DNA of 64,000 bases from Botryllus schlosseri (Eukaryota), in contig CM119378.1 of assembly GCA_051294905.1 (NCBI GenBank), forward strand, positions 1,178,001-1,242,000. Direction: 5' to 3'. A program made the position numbers and the translations under genes. Positions 55,101-64,000 of the stretch are shown here, piece by piece. The first letter of the stretch is position 1. The number at the start of each line of letters is the position of its first letter. The notes under the pieces were generated by a model. It worked only from the letters and a program-made list of their open reading frames with translations. It was not told the origin of the DNA and ran no database searches.

Positions 55101-58100
55101 TAAACACATAATGACGTCACGGAGACAAGAAACAGTCAGAGTCGTCAAAATAGTAATGTGGTTTCCATAGAAATCGAGTTATTTTACACGATTTTCGGCA
55201 AACACGCTATTCGGTGCCCCACATCCCAGATCTTTATCAGCCTCGCGCAAGAGTCTAAAGTGCCGATTGTTTATTTAATATCGAAATGGATCACTTTTAC
55301 ACCATTCCGCGTAACAAAGCTTCCACAACTAGTCCCGCTGCGTCATAATGAACCGTTCCTCGTTATACACACGGCCGTAATGGAACCACAAATGTCAGAA
55401 TAACGCGATAACAACGAGACGTGTCGGAGCGCGAAATGTCCGCTGCCAATGCTGGCCGTTCGACAAATAATCATCATTCGCGGCAAACACTGTTATCGCG
55501 CGAGAGCCAGATGCCAGCCGTCGTGATACCCGTTTGTTCTGTCGCAAAGTTCATTTATATCCGCAATTATAAGCGGGTGTGCGCAAACAAGAGATTATTC
55601 CAATTACCGACGCGGGGTGACAAAATATCATTCACGGTCGCCAGCACACAACTGCATATTACAAATATGAATATATTATTCGACTGCAAATTGCGTGGAA
55701 ATCCTGGTTTTCATGAAAGGTCACGCGCATTGTCGGTCATTGTCTCTAACGGGACGCGACCTGGGAAGTCGAAATTCAATTGAATAGTTCCGTATCAGTA
55801 CATGCAATGATTACCGAATCATGCTAACCCGGTTGAGAATAGGCGAAATCCCGCTTTGCGAATGTAGCGCGGCAGTTTCTTGCCACAATGTAAACGAAAA
55901 TCGAGTATTACGCCGATTTTCACCCTATAGCGTAGCCTGCAAATCTGGTAAACCCAAATTAGATTAGAATTCGAATTACTGAATTCGCAAAAACTTGGAA
56001 ATTCAATTCAATTCCTATTGCGAAAGAAATGCAACAAAATGTGTGTAGTGTACACCGAGCTTGGCAACAATTAAAATGTGTCTAATGGAGGCCTACTAAT
56101 TCTTATTGAGACATATACCATGGGTGTGCACAAGAAATCCTCCATAGGTGGTGCACGAACATACAGCCCACTGTACCACTGGGCCCTGGATATATCACCT
56201 ATTTGATTCAGCCATTGGAAGAGTGTGAAATCGCATTTGGTAGCTGCAAGTGCGGTTTGCCTGATTTTACAACCAAGGCCACGGGGAAAATCTGATAAAT
56301 GCACCTATATTCCACCCATGTATTTCCAGTGCAGTAGAAGAACGACGGCTGTCATTTAGTAAACCCCGTTTCGCCGCAAAGCTTTCCAATTAGAACACGG
56401 TTTTAAGTTTCGTCACACAAATCGCGTTACTGACCGCCGGATTGTCAAAAAGACATTTGGCAACTTTTATTTTGTTTCAACTCACAGCGCCGTTTCATCG
56501 CTTTACCCCGGACCGTGTTTGAATGCGCACCAAGTCATTGTTTTGAGACAGAGCTTCCAGTGTCGCGTTACGATGGAATCTGGGTCAATCACCCGAGCGT
56601 GCCAAGAGAGTTGATTCCCGTCAAAGGGGTGTTGATAGAAAGGTGCGAATAATGAGAAAATGGTCGCCCGGGAAGACGCGCAAAAACGCAAACTCCCTGT
56701 TTTCTTGACTAAACTTGACATAGTACAGTTATGACGTCATATATACCCAGAGTTATGTCTCAGTGATTCTTAACAGGGGTGCCATCAGATTCCAGATCGT
56801 GATTCTACAATCTACAAGAACGAATTATTAGGCTTTAGTTAGCGAACGTTTCAAACCAGTTCTTAACCGGTGTTCACACTAACCCCAGAGGTTCGCAGCT
56901 AGCCAGTCTCAGGGTTCGCTAGGGGTCGAGACTCACACTCAACTTATCTACCAGAAGTCTCAATAATTTACCGTACATATTCATTAGCAGCTTTAGTTTT
57001 GTGTGAAAATGATGTTTTAACGCTGTCGTTGATACGCGGTTCATGTAATGCAGTAAATTTCATGTTTTTGTGACAAATCGAAAATTTCGGGTTCGCCAGA
57101 GGCTTGTAGATTAGCGTAAGGGTTCGTCTGGTTAGTAAAAGTTAAAGAACCAATGTTTTGGTGACAGCGGAGCGCGACTAACGTACCGATTTACGCCAAA
57201 TCAAAATCAGGACCGTAGAATATTGGATCAACACGAGCACTAATCCGTATTTACGGGTGTTCGCTAATCCGGGAGTTAAGGCGATTGGAATATTGATCCA
57301 GATATCATCCTGTACATTGATCCACTATGACTGTTGCATCGATGTAGACTGCACAGTGCACATGCACAGCACACACGCCATTGCGACAACATATACAAGG
57401 CCGCTCTACCACATAATAGCCGTGAAAGGGCCGCCGATTTGAATTAATCACCGCCTGTCTGAGTGTTCAGATTAGAATTCACTCTTGTTGGCTTCGACAG
57501 CGGCCGAAAACGCAACCGCATTGTATTGTAACATCCGCTGTGTGACGCCACAACTGTAATTACACGCGAATGCATTCAGGTAACCCGCCGGCCGGCTGAT
57601 CGCTAATTAGCAGAAAACCTGTTTGAGATTTGGAGATTAGAACGAGCGATCGAATCCATGACTCGGCGTGATTTCAAAATTCTCGTGTATTGTTATGACT
57701 AGAGCCCGAACGATATCGGATTTTCAGCCGATACCGATCACACCGATAACTGGAACCTTCACCGATAATACCGATATATTAAGCCGAAAGATACGGCATC
57801 TAACTGAAGACGCGTTTTCGAAACTTCAGAGCATTTATTTGAGCAGCTTTACAGCCATTTACAGCCAGATTATAGTTCTATGTCTCCTTACTACCACGTT
57901 GTGATCTCACGAAAATTGCCGATATTTGTCACCTCCAACTGCCGATACCGATATTTATTTCAAAGTGCGTTACGAGCCAAATATACAACGCAAAAAATCA
58001 ACCCAGCTCACCATCCAGGCGAAGGAAAATTTGATGACGATTCTGCCGGGGCTGTCCGCGTTAATCTTACTCAAACGGAACGAGTTACCGCCCAAAACGG

Positions 58101-58723
58101 GCCCGATCCGTGACCCGAAGGCGCACGACGACGAATCAACTCTCTTGGGCGTCGATTGGAATTCTTTGAGGCACAATTTGAAGAAGGTATCGCACTGATC
58201 CTCGCTGCACGTGCCGTACCTGGAAATGTAGTGGCGTCAAGTCATTCTGCTACGTGATATGATGGAGGTGGGAATAATAATAATAATAAATATTACCAAT
58301 ATTAATATTTTCAATTATCTCTACCTCTTCGTTTTTCTGCCGCAATCCAGCAACCTAACTTCTTAATCTATTGCATAGGAATATAAAAGTTTGACTTTTT
58401 AAGTGAAATTTCATAAGTTTACTTCACTCTCGACATTTTCCTTGGGGGTGCAGGTTGCCTACGGATTGTGTGTGTATTTACCAGTTTGACTGCGAATAAG
58501 GAAGTAATAATAAATAATTTATTGAGCGGACCTTGTATTGCAATGTATCATTCCCTCACTAAGACGCTGTACAGAAGGCCAAGAAACACATAACAAGTAT
58601 AATGAGACTAACAAACACAAACCTTCCTCGCCGGCCGTCGCAACACTCGCCATTCTCCAGTTCCCCGGCGAGATTCTTCACTTTCAAGATCTGTAGCTCG
58701 AAATATCCGAGCGATATCGCTCC
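15921..58723 (-). CDS. JAG: Jagged/Serrate-family Notch ligand, 25 coding exons in window, 5'-partial (signal-peptide exon missing)
   Basis: Hand-spliced exons give C2/MNNL ([29 protein letters not shown]), DSL, 16 EGF repeats, VWC, TM and tail. All introns are GT-AG with compatible phases. The VWC domain and interrupted EGF10 distinguish Jagged from Delta. Confidence 0.97.
17536..17667 (-). CDS. JAG: Jagged exon, membrane-proximal domain
   Basis: ttcag|[44 protein letters not shown]|gtgag, 132 bp, phase 0-0. Confidence 0.92.
17943..18212 (-). CDS. JAG: Jagged exon, VWC part 2 / cysteine-rich region
   Basis: [45 protein letters not shown]...[16 protein letters not shown]|gtacg. Confidence 0.94.
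18405..18520 (-). CDS. JAG: Jagged exon, VWC part 1
   Basis: (V)[38 protein letters not shown]|gtatg; WxxxCNxCxC motif. Confidence 0.95.
18579..18692 (-). CDS. JAG: Jagged exon, EGF16
   Basis: (N)[37 protein letters not shown], 114 bp. Confidence 0.95.
18758..18843 (-). CDS. JAG: Jagged exon, EGF15 remainder
   Basis: [28 protein letters not shown]|gtaag, 86 bp. Confidence 0.95.
18906..18933 (-). CDS. JAG: Jagged microexon, EGF15 start (28 bp)
   Basis: ttccag|(D)LNDCNPYP(C)|gtgag, phase 1 to 2. Confidence 0.92.
19143..19196. repeat. (TG)n(GA)n compound microsatellite
   Basis: gagagtgtgtgtgagagagagag... read directly; intronic. Confidence 0.95.
19616..19732 (-). CDS. JAG: Jagged exon, EGF14
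   Basis: (P)[38 protein letters not shown], 117 bp. Confidence 0.95.
19793..19906 (-). CDS. JAG: Jagged exon, EGF13
   Basis: (R)[37 protein letters not shown], 114 bp. Confidence 0.95.
22726..22839 (-). CDS. JAG: Jagged exon, EGF12
   Basis: (N)[37 protein letters not shown], 114 bp. Confidence 0.95.
23367..23480 (-). CDS. JAG: Jagged exon, EGF11
   Basis: (N)[37 protein letters not shown], 114 bp. Confidence 0.95.
24642..24797 (-). CDS. JAG: Jagged exon, interrupted EGF10
   Basis: (V)[51 protein letters not shown]; the VIDSC insertion is typical of Jagged/Serrate. Confidence 0.95.
25436..25586 (-). CDS. JAG: Jagged exon, EGF9 and start of EGF10
   Basis: [50 protein letters not shown]|gtggg. 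Confidence 0.94.
25985..26158 (-). CDS. JAG: Jagged exon, EGF7 C-half and EGF8
   Basis: [58 protein letters not shown]|gtgag. Confidence 0.95.
29914..29960 (-). CDS. JAG: Jagged exon, EGF7 N-half (47 bp)
   Basis: (N)[15 protein letters not shown]|gtacg, phase 1 to 0. Confidence 0.93.
30026..30139 (-). CDS. JAG: Jagged exon, EGF6
   Basis: (D)[37 protein letters not shown], 114 bp. Confidence 0.95.
32529..32642 (-). CDS. JAG: Jagged exon, EGF5
   Basis: (N)[37 protein letters not shown], 114 bp. Confidence 0.95.
34605..34957. repeat. MITE-like repeat with internal tandem expansion of tagttctagttgc..ttttgaaaagt units
   Basis: About 7 degenerate units; shorter relatives with the same gttgacggtcaactaa-like head at ~17395, ~44820 (inverted) and ~52260. 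Confidence 0.75.
36372..36485 (-). CDS. JAG: Jagged exon, EGF4
   Basis: (A)[37 protein letters not shown], 114 bp, phase 1-1. Confidence 0.95.
   Translation of the reverse strand: MSTRACRILAATGAGVEKNRAGFIATARPVGPGRPVC
37297..37720 (+). mobile_element. Representative of abundant dispersed family D (ctaat/aattct-rich; core gaactgtatagtgcgaaacgagccaagcttg)
   Basis: Copies near 5730-8240 (split), 12250, 16970, 23610, 25690 (inv), 31915, 33675, 39050, 44420 (inv), 45620, 53280, 55950 (inv) and 63900; boundaries approximate. Confidence 0.8.
37859..37978 (-). CDS. JAG: Jagged exon, EGF3
   Basis: (N)[39 protein letters not shown], cag/gtaag bounded. Confidence 0.96.
38616..38746 (-). CDS. JAG: Jagged exon, EGF1 end and EGF2 (DOS region)
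   Basis: ttccag|[43 protein letters not shown]|gtaag. Confidence 0.96.
39174..39715. mobile_element. Fold-back hAT-type MITE inserted in a family D copy
   Basis: TIR taggggtgttcaaaaatgac/gtcatttttgaacagcccta; TSD ctgtatag on both sides; long internal inverted repeats. Confidence 0.92.
40777..41070. mobile_element. Representative palindromic MITE, family E (core cccgaatattttcggctgacactcgtcaggggtaatcgtcagcaactagtagagaattg)
   Basis: Two ~115-bp inverted arms; about 19 arms seen by eye between ~19900 and ~62900. Confidence 0.85.
43219..44357. mobile_element. hAT/Charlie-like non-autonomous element with atcgccccc subterminal repeats
   Basis: TIR cagtggttcccaac/gttgggaaccactg; TSD atttagat on both sides. 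Confidence 0.93.
45790..46105. repeat. Minisatellite (~41-bp unit aactgtgtagctataattctaattytaatgtaatttgga) inside a family D copy
   Basis: About 7 tandem degenerate units read directly. Confidence 0.85.
46691..46751 (-). CDS. JAG: Jagged exon, EGF1 (61 bp)
   Basis: ttgcag|(A)[19 protein letters not shown](K)|gtgag, phase 1 to 2; absent from the ORF track. Confidence 0.93.
49821..50084 (-). CDS. JAG: Jagged exon, end of C2 plus DSL domain
   Basis: ttcag|(D)[87 protein letters not shown]|gtaat. Confidence 0.96.
50260..50308 (-). CDS. JAG: Jagged exon, C2/MNNL part 3 (49 bp)
   Basis: tttcgcag|[16 protein letters not shown]|gtaag; resembles the RSYTLLVEAWD segment of vertebrate Jagged1. Confidence 0.93.
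51040..51510 (+). mobile_element. Degenerate Charlie-like dispersed repeat
   Basis: Colinear similarity with ~56760-57160 (gaaccc..gccagt.tcagg.gttcgct; gggtt.gcc..aggcttg..ttagcgtaa); no TSD found. Confidence 0.6.
52843..53020 (+). repeat. Dispersed repeat with ccgata motifs
   Basis: Head tagagcccga.cgatatc...gccgataccgat shared with ~57700-57860. Confidence 0.7.
58012..58219 (-). CDS. JAG: Jagged exon, C2/MNNL part 2
   Basis: ttccag|(R)[21 protein letters not shown]...[11 protein letters not shown]|gtgag, phase 2 to 0. Confidence 0.95.
58623..58723 (-). CDS. JAG: Jagged exon, C2/MNNL part 1
   Basis: ttgcag|[33 protein letters not shown]|gtttgt, phase 0 to 2. Confidence 0.9.
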
Positions 58724-61700
58724 CTGCAATAGAACGACAGTCAACTTCAACTTCTTTAACCTTAATCGTATTATACCATGATTACATCAATTCAAAACAC
58801 TACAAGACTGCGATGCAATGAAAAGATAGGAAGGAATCGAAACGACTCGGAGTAGTCTATCAAATCAGACACCCACCTTGGCCTATAAGGTGTAAAGCCG
58901 AGGAATGCATACTGCACGAGAACTAATAGAATATAATTTAAAAGGGCCAAGTGATAAATATGAAGGGACTTATGACAGGCTAGTCGATATATCAGATCGT
59001 GATCCTGTAATCTCGACGGTGACTAGTACATATTCAGTAGAATCTTCTTGTATTTGGACTTGAATGAGAGACTGATACACATAGAGAATCATTACTTGTG
59101 AATAGTGCAAATCAGTTCAGTAGCATACTTTGCAAAATTGCAATTAAAGTTAAATACGGTATACAGATAGGCAAGGTATGGACGGCAAGATCGATATATA
59201 TATACTAGAGTCATCAAAGCCAGGAGTATCTTACTATACAGAATGCGTTACCCTCAAAACTTTCAATTAATTAACAAAAACACAAACGTGTAAGTAAAAG
59301 CAGCATCATGTAAAATAATTAGAAATTAAATTTACAAAATCAAATCAAGGTCCTGTCATACCATGGCTGATATCACGTGGAATCCAACACCGCAACTGCG
59401 CAACGTTCACCGACATCGTATTGGGATAACGAGCGATTTTCCGCTCAACCAGAATACTAAACTCAATAAATTATCTCGAGAATAGTCGATTAGTATTCCT
59501 CGATTTGTAAACGATGACTCGCCGCCGTATCGCCGAGATAATCAAAGCCCAAGGGCTTGCGAGACGTCCATGAAACCTTTGTGTTAAGAGACGGAAATTT
59601 TCGGTGACTAGACTATTTTGAGCTGGTCCGTATGTTCTGATTTGATGACCGCCTCTAATCAGAAGTGGTCAAAGTAGTCCGCGTTGCTACTTTAGTAGAA
59701 TTAGAAGTATCGCCGTACGTTTCTACCCACGTAGAAGTAGAAGTAGCAATTTTATAAACGTGTCAAAACTACTTCAAGTGGATGTAAAAAATGCAGATTT
59801 CAAAAGCACTAAAGTAAATACTTTCAAAAAGTAGATTTAGTCGATTGGTCGCACATTTCATGAGTTAATCAGAGGTAATAGTTGGGTAATACTACAGGTT
59901 GGCGAAACCTATACTTTAGCACTAGGAAAAAGTAGAAGTACTTCGTTACTGATTACATCTCGTAACACGAGAAGTCGAGCAAGGCAACAACCTAGGACCA
60001 ATGCAATATTAGGTCGCGAGGGTTGCGAATAGAATTCTATTACCGCGCAGTACGCGGCGATGTAGAAGTCCAGTGCGTTTGCGCGCAAGTCAACATTTCA
60101 AAATGTCTCGAAGCGTTTGTGCAACGATGTTCACACGTGACCTGTATTGACCGGGCGTCGTTTATGAATTATTCACTAGCGAGACAATTAAGTCGGGCGC
60201 CGCATTAATTCAATTTACCTTAAGCGCCAGCAGATCATCGCGCGCGAAATAAAGGGGTGTTCATTATTTCTCAATTTTCATGCTATCTCTGAAAACTGCA
60301 CGGAGAATAGTACGGTGATTGGCAGATAGTAATTAGTTGCGCGGGCGAAAAATCAAACAAACTGAAGGCATTGCGGAAGGCGTAAATATAGAATGTCTCT
60401 CAAGAGAAGGTATCCTGTTAGCTATTTTCAAGCCGAGGTCGGAACGTAAAACCACAACCGTGGCGGTAATTTGCAGAAATGAAACACCGTAACGGCAAGC
60501 GATGCCCGCCTTTTGTTCGATACTTTTCAAGCTTAAGCCTCAATCGTAAATAAATCCGGTAAGCCGCGCCGTTAGCCGTCTTGCCAGCGAGTCGGACGTT
60601 CCGCACAAAACAATGAGGCTGCCGTAGGCTATTTCCCACGATAAGAAAGGCATAATTACACACAGAATACGTAAATAAAAATAGAATTTAGCCAATTACG
60701 AAGAGCTCGTGCCTGTTTTCGGCCTGATAGCCGTTCTCTTGACATCGATTCATTAGCTTGACGTGTCATAATCGATCCCGCGTCCCGTGAAAGCCTACCG
60801 CGGTTTTAACGAGTCGGGATCAAATATTTTATCACAACCGGCAAGCTCACGCTATTAGATAGCGTATCTGAACATTTGCGGTGTTGTATATCGGTATGGA
60901 GAACGCGATATCAGCGACAAGGAACCCACGTGACTGAAACTGTTAAAAACCTTGAGGGAGGGACCTCGCACAACTATACTGCCGGCTGATCAAACACTCA
61001 CGACGTGGGGCGACCTGCAGCGCAAAGATTGCGATGTAATCATGCAGTTTGCATTGGCCCGTAAAACCTTCCGAAAGTATTGTAAGCAAACAAATTCGCT
61101 ACGCGCGAAGAGGTTACTTTTATCGAGTTTGTCATCTTTAAATCAATAAACACCAAACTCTTTCTTATGATGTTCCTGTGTCATAAATGGATTGGGATCA
61201 CACAATAGTAAAAGCTGGAGTTGCTCGAATGTTAGTGCGAGTCACGTTTGATTCGAAAGTTCGATTCGATTCACTATTCTTAGAAGCGCTCCGCGATTTT
61301 ACGAATATTTTAACGACACGGCCGCTTGACCCCCAGCAGCGAAAAATAACAGAGCCCGATATAGATCCCATCACATAAATACAAGTTTACATGGTTTTCG
61401 TGAAAGGGAATTCTGATTATAACTGCCCGGTGTCCCAGAACGCGGGTTTCTTTGGAATGTGAACATTTTCTGAAATTCTGTTCGCGGGAACATTCAACCT
61501 TACTTAGATTCCCACAACGCCGCTAGTTGTGAGCATACATGGTCGAAAATAAATTGGTCGAATTCTATAGACTCGTTGTACGCATTCAATAACCATCAGT
61601 TGATTGAAAAATATACTCATACTGAAATCAACCCGAATATTTCGGCTGACACTCGTCAGGGGTAATCGTCAGCAACTATGTAGTATCAGCATAAAATATT

Positions 61701-64000
61701 CTGATTTACTTCAATATGAATATATGATTCAATTGTATATTGAAGTTCTGCAGCTACATGAAGCCCATTAATTAATTCAAACGAATATTACTAAACTATG
61801 ACTCGGCCCATGAAACCGCTGATTCGCATTTTTAAGTTGTTTCAAATAAGAAGTCTTCCGATTTTCGCCGCGCGACTGACATCTATTTCCTTCGTGCGAT
61901 GAATATTGACTATTCTTAACGTGTTTGCATTGAGAGACAGCTGCTGACGATGGCAGATCAAAATGTAAATAAATTACGACGCAAATTACAGCAGGCGTGG
62001 GAACACGCTAGAAGAAACCCGGTGTTTGGACGCTAATCCTGTTTCTAGATTAGAGTTGTAACTTTTTATCTTTCTTGAGCACGGTGTTTCGAGAAAGCTG
62101 TCCATGTCAGAAGTATCAAAAAGTTTTATCACGCTCGTGATACACAAATCTCGGGGATGGGGCTAATATCAATAACCAACAGTTAGTGCAGCTTTTATTT
62201 CGATGTCGGTTCACATCGATTCCAAAGCAAAAAATAGTCGACTGCGAGACCAACACCGTTCGCCGTAAATGGATGTCAAAATCGCGGCGTAAAGTCGGAA
62301 TTCCGCCGGCCTCGTGAGAACGTCGTGGATTCGTTCGAAAATGACCGCATAAAATAGTTTTGAATTGAATGAGCGAAATTTTCGACATTTCAATTCTATT
62401 GTATTTGATCATATTATACACGCGAATACAAAAATTTCTGAAATGCATCGCAGCTAAGTAATCAACCAAGTGTCATCATAGGGTTAACGAAAACAGCTTA
62501 AAAATGATTGTTTGAAAAATAGCGAGCAACTTCAAAAATGCGAAAATCGGCGTCGAGTTCAAATTTTGCCGGTACAACGTCACAATGCATAAACTTTCAT
62601 GCTGTTGTTGAACAATGGCTTTGCGTCTAACAGTCGAGAATACTTTTCTCAGAAGAAACGCACAGCTACGTTGCGTTCCGCCCGGTAGTTTATTGAATAT
62701 CGCGCGGCATGTATGCATGGAAATGTAGCTTCATACGCACGTAATTTTCTGACGGTGACAATTTTAAACAATAAAATCATGATTGTTCCCTACCACCCTG
62801 TCACGCGAATAAACATTTCATTTCAATAAGCTACAATTAAATAATGTATTGATACTCAATTCGGCTGACACTCGTCAGGGGTAATCGTCAGCAACATTGT
62901 ATATCAAGAAAACCACGGTGCATTCGGTAAATTCGATGAATCTGCAATTTCGAAGACCCGTTATTAGCGAAATGCGTCCTCAACCCGAGAACCATTTGCA
63001 ACATATTTCGATATTTAGGCAGATTTGTATCGAAAATTACGAATTTATTCAGTGACAAGTTACTCCGGGTACCCCGGCGCCATATTTGCGGTCCGCGGAA
63101 AACGGAATCGTACATACCTCGATCAACACCATCGCCGTCAAAACGGATGTCATAAATTGAGCACCCATGCCGCAAACTAGGACGCAGCTTCTCGATATAT
63201 CCAACAAATTGTCGCAAGTTCTTGCTTTCTTGCGTGCGCAGAAGGTATTCCGATCCCGACAGTTAGTGCATTACTGTAACTGCTTCCTACTAAGCTCAAC
63301 CAAGCGTCTAGCAATCTATCGTGATGGAATTATGCGATATAGGAAACGCGAGTCAAGTCCGCGCACGCGGAACAAAAATAAAACATTAAAAAATAAAAAT
63401 AAATTCATTTTATCAAAGACATATCTACCCAAATCTATGTCGCACATATGCAGCGTGAAATTCGGCACAATTTCAAACCGTACTCTACAGCTCGCGGGGC
63501 AGTACTGCCGACGCGTGTCGCAATTTTTATTACGCTCATATAACTCACGAAGAATTAACGTCGTATTTAACGACCTGAACCGCGCAATCTCCTCATCAGG
63601 CGAACCTGCTGTGACGAATGAAACTCGGCACCAGATAAATTCCTTCGAGACAGGTTGTTACAGTCTCGTATTTAGAATCGGTCGTTGTTAGCGCCATCTA
63701 CCGGAACGGGGTGAAGTACGAAATCTCAACCGTTCGTAGCGACGCCAGTCGGTCATTTACATCTATCGATTTAAAAACACCACTAGATTGCGATATAATG
63801 ATAGGAAGGTGTTGAAACGAGTTGGAGTAGTCTTTTAACCAACCACACACCCTGCCTAAAGCAGACTTGGGAAAATAGTTAATTCTTGTTGTCAACGTAG
63901 ACTAATTGAGCTAAATGCCGGTAGTCTAATTCTAATTTAACTTGTGAAGTGATTCTACGATGTCCTTTGAACTATAATCTAATTTGTCGTTTTCTTGAAT

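Noticed and set aside
15921..58723. Alternative identities: Delta, Notch or Crumbs
   Set aside because: C2-DSL N-terminus, 16 EGF repeats and a VWC domain, with no LNR, ankyrin or laminin-G domains, fit only Jagged/Serrate.
63167..63691. 174-aa plus-strand ORF
   Set aside because: No motif, crosses an A-rich low-complexity tract, and has no supporting splice structure.
58724..64000. Jagged first (signal-peptide) exon
   Set aside because: The donors I checked (~58875, ~59360, ~61502) give stops or the wrong phase. The ORF-track start MKLTVVLLQ is a TTG start in intron sequence. The exon is probably outside the window.

Overview
Eukaryotic genomic DNA, AT-rich with no CpG depletion and all GT-AG introns. 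An invertebrate chordate such as an ascidian is my inference, not shown. Most of the window (15921-58723, minus strand) is one Jagged/Serrate-family Notch ligand gene. I assembled 25 coding exons by hand with consistent phases (4035 nt, 1344 aa plus stop): C2/MNNL, DSL, 16 EGF repeats (EGF10 interrupted), VWC/cysteine-rich region, TM and a ~260-aa intracellular tail ending in EVTV. The signal-peptide exon was not found and probably lies beyond 64000. A second, partly resolved minus-strand gene lies downstream and encodes a type I membrane protein with a Thr-rich mucin-like stalk (8311-8466) and a TM exon (3704-3836). The non-coding DNA is dense with non-autonomous DNA transposons (several hAT-type MITEs with 8-bp TSDs, two nested stacks), a tRNA-derived SINE and MITE-internal tandem repeats. 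I saw no transposase ORF, CRISPR array, rRNA or functional tRNA, and no clearly novel system. The best leads are the unusual Jagged tail motifs, a DSL substitution, intronic CSL sites and the unidentified neighbouring gene.
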